Positions 18,548 through 28,212 are shown, numbered from the stretch's first letter. The stretch: 64,000 bases of DNA from an uncultured Candidatus Saccharibacteria bacterium (GCA_964462115.1 CAYWWA010000002.1:6560-70559), one strand, 5' to 3'. The notes: generated by a model not told the origin, from the letters alone. Translations and numbers: made by a program.

Positions 18548-20334
18548 ATGAACTCGGACTTGAAAAATAAAACATTTACTAACTGGCAAATATGTAAAAA
18601 GTTTTTTTCTGTCTTATTTGCTAGGTATAAAATAATTTGGATATTGGTTTTTGTTGGGGTTGGAATACACCGTGTTTTGAGTTTTGTGCCAGATTATTTA
18701 GTAAAACTTGGAATCGATAAGGGAAGTGAATTTATTGGTGGAATTCTAAGCAAAAATGATTATATAGAATATTTACTACTTCTAATTATAATTTATTTTG
18801 TGGCGATGTTTTTTCAAACCACGTTGGGATTAGTAAAAGATCGGGTCTATTTTATCTATCTACGTAAACAGGCAGTAGAGTTGAAACAAAAACTTTATTC
18901 ACACTTACTAGACTTGGATCATAAATTTTGGACAAAAACCCATAATGGATCTATCTTTTCAGCACAGAGTCGTGGAATCAATTCATTTTCAATGCAGACT
19001 AATATTTTTATTCAACGCTTATTGCCTCAAGTAATTTCTCTTATCACTTCTGTTATTATTATTGTGGTCATCGTAAAAGCCGCTTTATTAATAGCAGTTC
19101 TGGTCATAGCGATAATGTTTATCTGGTCTTATTGGCTACAACAAAAGATTACTAAAATAGTTAAAAAGAGAAACGAAGCTGCTGATAAAGAAACTGGTTT
19201 CTTTGCTGATGGTATTACTAACGTTCAAGCAATCAAAAATTTTGGTAAAGAAAGTTTTATGATGAAGCTGTATAAACTTTTAATTGATGATACTGAAAGT
19301 AAAAATCTAGAAATTAATGCTAAATATGTTTTAATGCAAGTTCTTAATGGTCTGATGAATGACACTGGAGTTGGTTTAATTTTAGTAGTTTCTTTTTGGG
19401 GATTTTTGAATGGAGAAATAAGTATTGGCTCACTGTTTTTTGTTTATGCTTCCGCCTCTCAACTAATTAATAGTTTTTCAGCTTTGAATTATACTTATCA
19501 AGATTTGGCGCAACATTTTGCTCATATGGATAAAATGTTTGTGTTGTTGGAACAAAAAGCTGAAATTATTGATGACAAAAATGCCACTGAGCTAAAAGTA
19601 AGCGAAGGAAATATAAAATTTGAGGAAATAACTTTTGGGTACAATGAAGACAGAAAAATTTTTAATCAATTATCTTTAAATATTTTACCAGGAGAAAGGT
19701 GGCTTTCGTCGGTGAGACCGGTGTAGGTAAAACAACCTTAATCAATTTAATTTATCGTTTGTATGATTTAGATAGTGGTCGGATTTTAATTGATGGGCAA
19801 GATATTAAAAAAGTAAAACAAAGCTCACTGCATAATGCAATGTCAATTGTGCCACAGGAAACAGTTTTGTTTAATGATACAATTTTTAACAATATTGCTT
19901 TCTCTAATCCAGAAGCCACAAAGGAGGAGGTTTGGCAAGCAATTAGCTTTGCTCAACTAGATAATTTTATCAATAATCTGAAAGATAAGGAAAATACATT
20001 GGTAGGAGAGCGGGGGATAAAATTATCGGGTGGCGAAAAACAACGAGTCTCGGTTGCACGAGCAATTTTAGCAAATAAGAAAATTTTAATTTTAGATGAG
20101 GCCACTTCATCACTTGATTCACAAACCGAAAAAGAGCTTTCTGATGACTTGCAAAAACTAATGAAGGGCAGGACCTCTATCATTATTGCTCACCGCCTTT
20201 CAACCATTATGGATGCGGATAAAATCGTGGTATTAAAAGATGGAAAAATTGCAGAAATTGGAAAGCACCTTGAGCTATTAGAACAGACGACTATTTATGC
20301 TAAATTATGGCATTCGCAATTTAGGATTAGTTAG
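18548..20334 (+). pseudogene. ABC exporter (fused TMD-NBD) disrupted by a 1-nt frameshift near 19697
   Basis: TMD ORF ends LNILPGER then shifts frame; the NBD ORF continues VAFVGETGVGKTT (Walker A split across frames), LSGGEKQRVSVARA, ILILDEATSSLD; homopolymer ggagaaaggtgg lacks one g. Confidence 0.65.
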
Positions 20335-20403
20335 TAAAAAGCTTATCAGATATAATTGGGTAATAAACTACTACAAAAAATTTGACAAAAATTAGTTTTT
20401 AAC

Positions 20404-20409
20404 TATACT
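20404..20409 (+). promoter_or_regulatory. -10 TATACT 10 nt upstream of the rpoD ATG
   Basis: aacTATACTgggtagccagATG. Confidence 0.3.
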
Positions 20410-20419
20410 GGGTAGCCAG

Positions 20420-21715
20420 ATGCTTAAAAAGCAAAAGCCACAATTAAATAAGGTTTCTAAAAAAAAAGCAGCTAAGACTGCTAAACAAAATAAAACGAAC
20501 AAGTTGCCTAAGCGCAGCAGTTCCAGTGATAAAAAAAACAAAACGAGGTCAGAGGTAAAAAAGAAAATTTTAAAAAAAATTGAGAAAAAAAAATCTAAGG
20601 TTTTACCTAAAAAAATAGCTAAAAAAAATAAGAAGCAGGAGCGTAAACAAAACAAATTAGAAGAGCGAGCTAATCGCTTAATTCAAAAAGGAGTTCAGCG
20701 CGGTTTTATTACGCGCGATGATATCCTAAAAGAGTTTCCTTTTATTGAGAGTGATATTGAATTTTATGAGGATTTTTTGGATCGTTTAGAAGAAGCTAGG
20801 ATTGATATTTTAGAACCGGGTGGAATGTTGGATTTAAACGAAAAGGAAATTGTTTATAATCGTGATGATAGTCAACACGATTCAATTCAAATTTATTTAA
20901 AAGAAATCGGAAAATACCCACTAATTACTGCCAGTGAGGAGCGAAATTTAGCTCAAAGAATTTTACGTGGTGATGGGGAGGCAAAAAATATTTTAGCCCA
21001 ATCTAACTTGCGTCTAGTGGTGTCAATTGCTAAAAAATATGTGAACCGGAGCAGAGATTTGACTTTATTAGATTTAATCCAGGAGGGTAACTTGGGATTG
21101 TATCGTGCCGTGGATAAATTTGACTGGGAAAAAGGATTCAAGTTTTCGACTTACGCTACTTGGTGGATTAGACAGGCCATCACCCGAGCCCTAGCTGATC
21201 AATCACGCACTATTCGTATTCCGGTGCATATGGTAGAAACTATTCAGAAGTATAAACAGAGTATCAGAAAATTAACAATGGATTTGGGTCGTGAACCAAT
21301 GGCCGAGGAGGTGGCAGCTGATATGGAGTTAGAAGTAGATAAGATCTATCAGATTGAAAAAATTGATCAAGCAACCGTTTCGTTGGATACCCCAGTCGGA
21401 GATGGTGGCGAAGAAAAAACTACGATGAGTGATTTTGTAGCTGATAGCTCTATCTTGTCCCCCGAAGAGGAAGCAGACCGCCGTATTTTAGCTGATCAAA
21501 TTAATGAAATTTTATCTGGTTTATCAGAAAAAGAAAGAGCGATTTTAGAAATGAGAAATGGTTTGGGTAAATATGATGGAGCCCAGCACACTCTGGAAGA
21601 GGTGGGGGCTGAGTTTGGTGTGACTCGAGAACGAATTAGACAAATTGAATCTAAAGCCCATGAACATATCCGTAGTCACGTGAGAGCCGACCATTTAAAA
21701 ACATATACTAATTAA
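20420..21715 (+). CDS. rpoD: RNA polymerase sigma factor (sigma-70 family) with a ~90-aa Lys-rich N-terminal extension
   Basis: Sigma regions 2-4 are conserved; the N-terminal region is poly-lysine instead of an acidic region 1.1. Confidence 0.88.
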   Translation: MLKKQKPQLNKVSKKKAAKTAKQNKTNKLPKRSSSSDKKNKTRSEVKKKILKKIEKKKSKVLPKKIAKKNKKQERKQNKLEERANRLIQKGVQRGFITRDDILKEFPFIESDIEFYEDFLDRLEEARIDILEPGGMLDLNEKEIVYNRDDSQHDSIQIYLKEIGKYPLITASEERNLAQRILRGDGEAKNILAQSNLRLVVSIAKKYVNRSRDLTLLDLIQEGNLGLYRAVDKFDWEKGFKFSTYATWWIRQAITRALADQSRTIRIPVHMVETIQKYKQSIRKLTMDLGREPMAEEVAADMELEVDKIYQIEKIDQATVSLDTPVGDGGEEKTTMSDFVADSSILSPEEEADRRILADQINEILSGLSEKERAILEMRNGLGKYDGAQHTLEEVGAEFGVTRERIRQIESKAHEHIRSHVRADHLKTYTN

Positions 21716-21734
21716 AAATTCATCAAGATAATCT

Positions 21735-21768
21735 AAAAAATACCCAACAAAATTGGGTATTTTTTTTA
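21735..21768 (+). terminator. Intrinsic terminator after rpoD
   Basis: aatacccaa/ttgggtatt hairpin followed by a T8 run. Confidence 0.6.
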
Positions 21769-21772
21769 TCTG

Positions 21773-21781
21773 TGTTAAAAT
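21773..21781 (+). promoter_or_regulatory. Extended -10 TGTTAAAAT 10 nt upstream of ATG 21792
   Basis: tgTGTTAAAATaaaaactattATG. Confidence 0.4.
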
Positions 21782-21791
21782 AAAAACTATT

Positions 21792-24413
21792 ATGTTATTA
21801 ATTAATGAACAAAAAGATAAAAAATTTTGGGCCCTGCCAGCTGATGAGGTCTTAACTTTATTAGAAAGTGATAAAGAAACTGGTTTAGATGAGGTGGAGG
21901 TGAAAGATAGACTAAAGCGGTTTGGTGCCAATATCATTCAGGGGGAATATAAGAATACTAAAATAAAAATTTTATTAGAACAATTATTATCTCCGTTAAT
22001 TTTAATACTAATTATTGCTGGGACGGTTTGTTTATTTATCCAAGAATGGAAAGACGCCGGTTTTATCTTTTTAGCAGTCTTCGTTAATACTATTCTAGGT
22101 TTTTACCAAGAAAATAAAGCGGACGAAGCTCTGGCTTCTCTAAAAAACTATCTAAGAGAGCAGTGCCTAATTATCCGCGAAGGCAAAGAAAAAAAAGTTG
22201 ATGTTAATGAAGTGGTAATTGGTGATATAATCCACCTTAGTCAAGGTGACAGGGTGCCAGCCGATGCCAGACTAATATCGGTAAATGATCTAGAAGTAGA
22301 TGAAGCAGTTTTAACTGGTGAAAGTTTACCAGCAGACAAACAGATTTTAGCTGTAAAAGAAAATGTTGGTATACCTGATCAAACTGGAATGGTATTTGCC
22401 GGAACCCTAGTGATGCAGGGTGCCGCCATCGCGGTGGTGGTGCGAACTGGTAGAAATACTGAAATTGGTAAAATTGCGACTTTACTGGCCGAGTCTAAAG
22501 GTGAAAAAACCCCACTGCAAAAAACCCTAACCACTTTCACGATGTGGTCAGGGTTGGTTTTAATTTTATTAACTGTGGTTGTTTTTATAATAGGTACTGT
22601 ATCGGGAGAGGGCTGGGTGGCAATGTTTTTGGTTGCCGTCGCCATTGCGGTTGGGTCAATCCCAGAGGGTTTACCGATTTCTATGACAGTAGTCTTGGCA
22701 GTTGGAGTAGAAAGAATGGCAAAACGTAAAGGGGTGGTGCGTAAATTAATGGCGGCCGAAACACTTGGTTCAGCTTCAATAATTTTGACTGATAAAACTG
22801 GAACACTAACACAGGCCAAAATGATTCTGAATAAAATAATTGGCTTTGATTTTGAAGAAGATCAATTATTGCGCTTTGCTTTAACTAATACCGCGGTAGT
22901 AGTAGAAAATCCTGAAGATAAGGTGGATGATTGGCGTATAGATGGAAAAATTATGGACGTGGCCTTGGTGCGAGAAGCAGGTAAACGTGGTATTAAACTG
23001 AGTGAAGTTTTAGCGCAAAGCAATATTTTACAAACCCTGCCATTCAATTCAACTCAAAAATATTCAGCCAGCCTAATTAAAGAGGGAGATAAACATAAAA
23101 TGTTATTTGTTGGTGCTCCAGATGTCTTACTCAAACAAGTTAATGTGGATCCTGCCGTAAAGAAACATTTAGAAAAACGAGTGGAAGAGTTGGCTTTTGC
23201 TGGTAATAGGGTTTTAGGTATCGCCAGCAAAGATTTAAATAAAATTAGTGCTAATTTTTCAATCACCCACGACAACATTTTAACTGAGATAAAACTAATT
23301 GGATTATTTGTTTTTAATGATCCAATCCGTCCTCATATTAAAGAAACTATTGCTCAAATTTCTATGGCGGGTATTAGAACAATAATCATGACCGGTGATC
23401 ATAAGGGAACTGCTATGGCGGTAGCTAAAGAAGTTGGTTTAAAAATAGATGGAAACTCAGTCTTGGACGCTAGTGAGTTAACTAAGTTGAGTGATACGGA
23501 GTTATCAAGCAGGTTACAACATCTTGCTGTGGTTTCTCGAGTTACCCCAGAAGATAAATTGCGTATCGCTAAACTTTTCCAAAAGGCGGGTGAAATTGTA
23601 GCTATGACTGGCGATGGAGTGAATGATGCTCCAAGTATCAAACAGGCTGATGTTGGTATCGCTATGGGATCGGGAACTGACGTGTCTCGTAACGTAGCCG
23701 ATTTGGTGCTGTTGGATGATAATTTTGAAACCGTGGTTGCTGCCATTGAAGAGGGAAGACAAATTCTAAAAAACCTAAAAAAGACCCTAACTTACAATTT
23801 CTTAAACGTAGCTGATTCCTTATGTTTAATTACTGGTTCATTATTGATTGGATTACCGCTACCGATGAACGCACTGCAGATCCTTTGGGTTAATTTCTTT
23901 TCTGATAGTTTTCCATCTATCGCTTTTGCCTTTGAACAAGAAAAAAATATTTTTGCCACTCCGCAGCATAAACGACAGACCTTATTTGATCCTTTGATGA
24001 AAAATATTATCTTATTTGCTGGTATCCTAACCTCAGTGCTCTTGTTATTTATTTACTGGTCATTATCAGTCTGGACCGAGATTGACGGCAAAACTATTCG
24101 CACCTTCATTTTCTTTACCTTCGGAATTTATACTATGTTTTGTACTTTTCCAATGCGTCAAATGCAAAAAAATATTTGGCAATATAATCCGCTTGAAAAT
24201 AAATTCTTAAATGGTGCTTCAATTTTAGGGTTGTGTCTAATGTTTTTAGCTATTTACGCACCTTTTATGCAAGACTTATTAGGAACAGTGGCCTTGTCGG
24301 GTCGGTGGTTTTTAGCAGCTATAGCCTTTTCTATAACAGCCATAGGTTTAATTGAGGCAGTTAAGGCTGTATTTAGAGTTAAAAGAAACAAACTTAAAGC
24401 TTATGTTAAATAA
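21792..24413 (+). CDS. P-type cation-transporting ATPase (P2-type, Ca2+-ATPase-like)
   Basis: DKTGTLT, PEGLP in TM4, MTGDHKGTAMAVAKEVGL, TGDGVNDAPSIKQADVGIAMG; ORF-track start 21753 less likely. Confidence 0.85.
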   Translation: MLLINEQKDKKFWALPADEVLTLLESDKETGLDEVEVKDRLKRFGANIIQGEYKNTKIKILLEQLLSPLILILIIAGTVCLFIQEWKDAGFIFLAVFVNTILGFYQENKADEALASLKNYLREQCLIIREGKEKKVDVNEVVIGDIIHLSQGDRVPADARLISVNDLEVDEAVLTGESLPADKQILAVKENVGIPDQTGMVFAGTLVMQGAAIAVVVRTGRNTEIGKIATLLAESKGEKTPLQKTLTTFTMWSGLVLILLTVVVFIIGTVSGEGWVAMFLVAVAIAVGSIPEGLPISMTVVLAVGVERMAKRKGVVRKLMAAETLGSASIILTDKTGTLTQAKMILNKIIGFDFEEDQLLRFALTNTAVVVENPEDKVDDWRIDGKIMDVALVREAGKRGIKLSEVLAQSNILQTLPFNSTQKYSASLIKEGDKHKMLFVGAPDVLLKQVNVDPAVKKHLEKRVEELAFAGNRVLGIASKDLNKISANFSITHDNILTEIKLIGLFVFNDPIRPHIKETIAQISMAGIRTIIMTGDHKGTAMAVAKEVGLKIDGNSVLDASELTKLSDTELSSRLQHLAVVSRVTPEDKLRIAKLFQKAGEIVAMTGDGVNDAPSIKQADVGIAMGSGTDVSRNVADLVLLDDNFETVVAAIEEGRQILKNLKKTLTYNFLNVADSLCLITGSLLIGLPLPMNALQILWVNFFSDSFPSIAFAFEQEKNIFATPQHKRQTLFDPLMKNIILFAGILTSVLLLFIYWSLSVWTEIDGKTIRTFIFFTFGIYTMFCTFPMRQMQKNIWQYNPLENKFLNGASILGLCLMFLAIYAPFMQDLLGTVALSGRWFLAAIAFSITAIGLIEAVKAVFRVKRNKLKAYVK

Positions 24414-25356
24414 TATATTTATACTAGCCGCTTCATTGTATTTTGTGATTATGGCGGCCGAATTGGCAACTAAATATGCTACCGGTTTAGCAAAACATTT
24501 TAGACTTTCTAAACACACAGTGGGTGTATTGGTGGTAGCAGTTATCTCTATTTTGCCAGAAACATTTATCTCAGTGACTTCAGCGCTTCATGGCGAGTCA
24601 GAGGTTGGTTTGGGTATGTTATTTGGGGCTAATATTGCAGACCTGACACTGATAATGGGCTTAATAGTTTTGTTGGCTGGAGCTACTAGTCTAAAAGTTA
24701 ATAAAAAGATTTTAAAAGAAAATAAAATTTATCCACTTTTTATGCTATTGCCGGTTATTTTTGGTTTAGATGGAGTCTACACCAGATTTGATGGATTATC
24801 CCTAGTAGTAGCAGGAGCAATTTTTTATTATCTAACTTTTAAAAACAATGTGGTGGATCAGCCAGCCGAAAATGAGCTGCCAATTCAAAGTGGTCGGGCT
24901 AAAAATGCTTTAGCCCTTTTGTCCAGTATGGCGCTTTTATTAGTAGCGGCAAACTATGTAGTTTCTTCCTCAGTAGGCTTGGCAGAGCAATTAGAAATTA
25001 GTCCGATTCTGATTTCGATGGTATTGATTGCTGTTGGTACCACTGTACCAGAATTCATCTTTTCTTATAAGGCGGTTAAAAAGAATGAGGACGCTTTGGC
25101 TTTGGGTGATTTGTTGGGGACTGTTTTGGCTAACGCCACCATTGTGACTGGAATACTGGTCTTAATTAACCCATTTACAGTTAATAAGGCAATTATTTAT
25201 GTTTCCGGCACCTTTATGGTGGTAGCAGCCTTTTTACTGTTTAAGTTTATGCATTCTAATCGTAATGTGTCTAGAAATGAAGCGGTGTGGTTAATATTGT
25301 TCTGGGTTTGTTTCGTTTTTGTTCAATTTGTCACACAGGAATTTATCATCAACTAA
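24403..25356 (+). CDS. CaCA-family Na+/Ca2+ exchanger-like membrane protein (YrbG-like)
   Basis: Two alpha-repeat motifs ILPETFISV and GTTVPEFIFS; start overlaps the ATPase stop. Confidence 0.7.
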   Translation: MLNNIFILAASLYFVIMAAELATKYATGLAKHFRLSKHTVGVLVVAVISILPETFISVTSALHGESEVGLGMLFGANIADLTLIMGLIVLLAGATSLKVNKKILKENKIYPLFMLLPVIFGLDGVYTRFDGLSLVVAGAIFYYLTFKNNVVDQPAENELPIQSGRAKNALALLSSMALLLVAANYVVSSSVGLAEQLEISPILISMVLIAVGTTVPEFIFSYKAVKKNEDALALGDLLGTVLANATIVTGILVLINPFTVNKAIIYVSGTFMVVAAFLLFKFMHSNRNVSRNEAVWLILFWVCFVFVQFVTQEFIIN

Positions 25357-25390
25357 AAAATCAACCTAAATAAAAACCACCTAAATCGTG

Positions 25391-25423
25391 GTTTTTATTA
25401 TTTTGTTGCGGGGGTCGGAATCG
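25391..25423. repeat. 33-bp direct repeat copy 1: the tRNA-fMet 3' end (T-loop to discriminator) plus 15 nt of 3' flank
   Basis: gtttttattattttgttgcgggggtcggaatcg is identical at 25391-25423 and 25566-25598. Confidence 0.8.
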
Positions 25424-25565
25424 CCCTGCATAAAATCCTCGTCGCCACTCGGATTTTTGCTCGGGCCTGCTCTCGGTCAAATTTTTTGCTAAAAATTTGA
25501 CCTGCGATCTTCGATTCCTCCTTCCTGCTAATAAAATATAATAAAAACTCTTTCCAGAAGTCAGA

Positions 25566-25598
25566 GTTTTTATTATTTTGTTGCGGGGGTCGGAATCG
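25566..25598. repeat. 33-bp direct repeat copy 2; overlaps the genuine tRNA-fMet 3' end
   Basis: See copy 1. Confidence 0.8.
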
Positions 25599-25652
25599 AA
25601 CCGACAGTCCCAAGGTTATGAGCCTTGTGAGTTACCGTTACTCCACCCCGCT
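25581..25652 (-). tRNA. Initiator-type tRNA-Met (anticodon CAT), immediately downstream of fmt
   Basis: Cloverleaf has A11:U24 in the D-stem, A72 with an unpaired 1:72 (A.A), anticodon loop CUCAUAA; only two of the three G-C pairs typical of initiator anticodon stems. Confidence 0.65.
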
Positions 25653-25726
25653 ATAAACTTCTTTGATAATATCATTCTTTTCAGAAAAAAGCAAGTGCAA
25701 AAATGTTTAATTTTTTCACCAAAATA

Positions 25727-26614
25727 TTATTTAAGCCCTCGCAAAAAATCTAGCCAATTCATTTCTTTTTTACCTTCTGGAATCACTGTTAAGATTTCTA
25801 ATTTTTCATTTTTAAGTTCAGCTGTTTTAATCACAAGGCGGATTTGTTTGTGATTGTGCTCTACTAAAGTCCAAGCGTTTGGCCAACCATAATAGGCTTG
25901 AATTTTTAAGAAATTTTTTCGTGCTAAATTACTTTGTTGCAAATCTTGCCAACTAATTTCAGCCTCCTGTTTATTGATTTTTTTAGTATAACTAGCCTCT
26001 GCGTGATTTTGAGCTTGGGGAGTAATTTTGTTCTCTATCCAATCTGGCAAAATCTCAACCAGCAACCTTGCATTTAGCTCTGCTAATTTTTGTTCCAGAA
26101 TCTCTCGGTTAAAAATTTCTGAATTCCCAAGCTGAGCTTGTTTTAAAATTGGCCCATGATCCATTTCTTTATCTAACAACATGACCGACACCCCGATATT
26201 TTTTTCATCATCTAAAATTTGATATTCAATGGGAGCAGGACCGCGATATTTAGGTAAAAGTGATGGATGAGCGTTAAGGGTCTGGTGGGGTGGTAGCCCC
26301 AAAAATCTTTCAGGAATTATTTTGCCATAGGAGGCTACAATCGCTACATCAACCCGGTGTTGAGAGATAAAATTTTGTAAAAACTCAAAAGCTTCCTCAT
26401 CTAACTTATTTGGCTGAAAAATCGGCACCTGATTATTTTGAGCCCAAATTTTGGTCAGGGTGGGCTTAATTTCCATTTTACGACCTTGGGCTTGATCGGG
26501 GGTTGAAACAATCAAGCAGGGCTTAAAATTAGCCTTTAACAAGGTGTCCAAGATGAAAACGGAAAATTCTGAAGTGCCGTAAAAAATAAAATTAATTTGG
26601 GGCATGGGTGACAT
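25727..26614 (-). CDS. fmt: Methionyl-tRNA formyltransferase
   Basis: SLLPKYRGPAPIEYQILDDEKNIGVSVM; N-terminal formyltransferase domain; adjacent to tRNA-fMet. Confidence 0.85.
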   Translation of the reverse strand: MSPMPQINFIFYGTSEFSVFILDTLLKANFKPCLIVSTPDQAQGRKMEIKPTLTKIWAQNNQVPIFQPNKLDEEAFEFLQNFISQHRVDVAIVASYGKIIPERFLGLPPHQTLNAHPSLLPKYRGPAPIEYQILDDEKNIGVSVMLLDKEMDHGPILKQAQLGNSEIFNREILEQKLAELNARLLVEILPDWIENKITPQAQNHAEASYTKKINKQEAEISWQDLQQSNLARKNFLKIQAYYGWPNAWTLVEHNHKQIRLVIKTAELKNEKLEILTVIPEGKKEMNWLDFLRGLK

Positions 26615-26620
26615 TTGATG

Positions 26621-26629
26621 ATTATAACA
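26621..26629 (-). promoter_or_regulatory. Extended -10 TGTTATAAT 6 nt upstream of the fmt ATG
   Basis: Reverse complement gives aaaaaTGTTATAATcatcaaATG. Confidence 0.45.
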
Positions 26630-26686
26630 TTTTTACTTAAATATATCTATTTAGATTATTTTATCCACTACTAAATATTTTTTCTA

Positions 26687-26695
26687 TGCTATAAT
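26687..26695 (+). promoter_or_regulatory. Extended -10 TGCTATAAT; first usable ATG at 26703 (leaderless)
   Basis: The ORF-track ATG at 26694 lies inside the -10, so 26703 is the likely start. Confidence 0.45.
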
Positions 26696-26702
26696 GTTAA
26701 GA

Positions 26703-27587
26703 ATGATTTTAAGCACAAGAAAAAAAATTAAGAGAGCTGTTTTATTAACTACATTATTTTATGGATTAAGTTTTTTAAATCTGTCTCCAGTCTCAGCTAT
26801 TCAAATTCAAGATAAATATCAAAATATTGGTGGTGAAAAAGTAAAAATTTTATTAGTTCCAGGACATGATCTAAAAAGTGGCGGGGCAGAAATTGACGGA
26901 CTCAAGGAGCGAGAGATTGTGGTCAAAGTGGCAGAAGCGCTAAATCAACTATTGGAGGACGACCATAGAATTAAAGTGGTGCAGATTCGCGATAGCGAGA
27001 AATGGAACCCTGATTTTAAAAAATATTTATCATCACGTAATGTGAAGAAGGTGGTAGGGTGGATTGAAGCAAGTAAGAAGAAATTTAATAGTAAAAAAGT
27101 TAATAGGGAGATATTTGATAATGTGGTGGTTTATCACAATACTGTCAACACCCGCACCAGAGACCGGTTGTATGCTATCAATAAATTTGCCAATGATAAT
27201 AATTTTGATTTAGTGCTCAACCTACATTTCAATGATTATCCTAATCGTATAGTTGGCGAAGAAAAATATCGCGGTTTTGCAATTTATATTCCAGACCAGG
27301 CTTATAAAAATAGTGCCAATAGTGAGGCAATTGCTAAGTCTGTTTTTAACAGCCTGCTCAAAGTTAATACAGTTAGTAACTTGCCCGGTGAAAATACTGG
27401 CGTCGTCTATGATCCAGAATTGATTGCTGTTGGGGCTTATAATACACTCAAGGCTCCTAGCTTACTAATTGAATATGCCTATCTTCATGAACTACTAAAC
27501 TTAACTGAAACCGAGTGGGAAGAAAAAATTACCGCTTTAGCTGTGGCCACCTATGAAGGCTTGCAAAATTTTTTACAAAGCAAATAA
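26703..27587 (+). CDS. N-acetylmuramoyl-L-alanine amidase (Amidase_3 family), secreted
   Basis: Signal peptide; LLVPGHDLKSGGAEIDGLKEREIVVKVAEAL resembles the Amidase_3 catalytic N-terminus. Confidence 0.55.
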   Translation: MILSTRKKIKRAVLLTTLFYGLSFLNLSPVSAIQIQDKYQNIGGEKVKILLVPGHDLKSGGAEIDGLKEREIVVKVAEALNQLLEDDHRIKVVQIRDSEKWNPDFKKYLSSRNVKKVVGWIEASKKKFNSKKVNREIFDNVVVYHNTVNTRTRDRLYAINKFANDNNFDLVLNLHFNDYPNRIVGEEKYRGFAIYIPDQAYKNSANSEAIAKSVFNSLLKVNTVSNLPGENTGVVYDPELIAVGAYNTLKAPSLLIEYAYLHELLNLTETEWEEKITALAVATYEGLQNFLQSK

Positions 27588-27634
27588 TAAAAAAGATACC
27601 CCAACTCAAGCCTGAAGCAGAGTTGGGGTGTTTT

Positions 27635-28048
27635 TTAAATAGAAATGGCACAAATGTCACGTTTTAATTTTAGCGTTAATTGCGCCACTGTCTCATTCCA
27701 AACCGATTTAGTGAATAGGTCATCAAAGACCACTAGAATTATCAACTTACCCTGGTTGAGAGCCAGCAAATTGGCAACACGTTCGGGATCATAAGATATC
27801 CCACGTAGAGCCAGATCTTCGCTTGCGATAGCCTCGGTTGCAAAAAATTTTGGGTTGGCAATAATTTCAGCCGTTTGCCTGACAAAATTGATTGGCGTGT
27901 AAAAAATTTTAACCTCACCAATCTTACTATCAGCCAACTCTTTCCAAAGTTGGCAAGCTCGCCTATGCACTTGGCTACTTCCATAATCTGTAAGGTCGTT
28001 TCCTTTTCGTTCTCCGTTTTTGAAGACGCAAACTAAAGAAATGCTCAT
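27635..28048 (-). CDS. Hypothetical GC-rich protein (137 aa) with a flavodoxin-like/TIR-like or histidine-phosphatase-like pattern lacking canonical catalytic residues
   Basis: SD GGGAG upstream; TTGACT-N17-TTATAT promoter; VCVFKNGERKG near the N-terminus and LIILVVFDDLFTKSVW near the C-terminus. Confidence 0.4.
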   Translation of the reverse strand: MSISLVCVFKNGERKGNDLTDYGSSQVHRRACQLWKELADSKIGEVKIFYTPINFVRQTAEIIANPKFFATEAIASEDLALRGISYDPERVANLLALNQGKLIILVVFDDLFTKSVWNETVAQLTLKLKRDICAISI

Positions 28049-28197
28049 CGTTTTTCTCCCGCTGACCAGACTAATAAGTCTCACAAAAGTTTTGTTTGTG
28101 ATAAAAAACTCTAAGCCTGATAGTCTTGTAAAAGAACTTACTATATATAATCATATTTTTAGAGATAAGTCAATTAGTTGTTTTCAAGCAAAAATAG

Positions 28198-28206
28198 AGT
28201 TATAAT
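28198..28206 (+). promoter_or_regulatory. -10 TATAAT 6 nt upstream of ATG 28213
   Basis: gagtTATAATatttaaATG. Confidence 0.4.
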
Positions 28207-28212
28207 ATTTAA

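Noticed and set aside
17945-18589. 214-aa minus-strand ORF
   Set aside because: It is antisense to rplL and the rplJ end. The Ala/Pro-rich frame is produced by reading the GCU-rich L7/L12 hinge backwards, and it overlaps two well-supported genes.
19690-19705. Programmed -1 ribosomal frameshift in the ABC exporter
   Set aside because: There is no slippery X_XXY_YYZ heptamer or downstream structure; a homopolymer indel is the simpler explanation.
20392-20655. 87-aa minus-strand ORF
   Set aside because: It is antisense to the poly-lysine (AAA/AAG-rich) N-terminus of rpoD; the open frame is a low-complexity artefact.
22379-22819. 146-aa minus-strand ORF, and other 60-115-aa internal ORFs in the P-type ATPase (22544-22729, 22862-23278, 23399-23762)
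   Set aside because: They lie inside and antisense or out of frame to a confidently identified ATPase gene.
25424-25565. Integrated mobile element or prophage at the tRNA-fMet repeat
   Set aside because: Only 142 bp separate the repeats, and no integrase, transposase or phage gene is nearby. It is reported only as an att-like scar.
25398-25613. 71-aa minus-strand ORF
   Set aside because: It overlaps the tRNA-fMet gene and the 33-bp repeat, has no start-site support, and is better explained by the RNA/att-like features.
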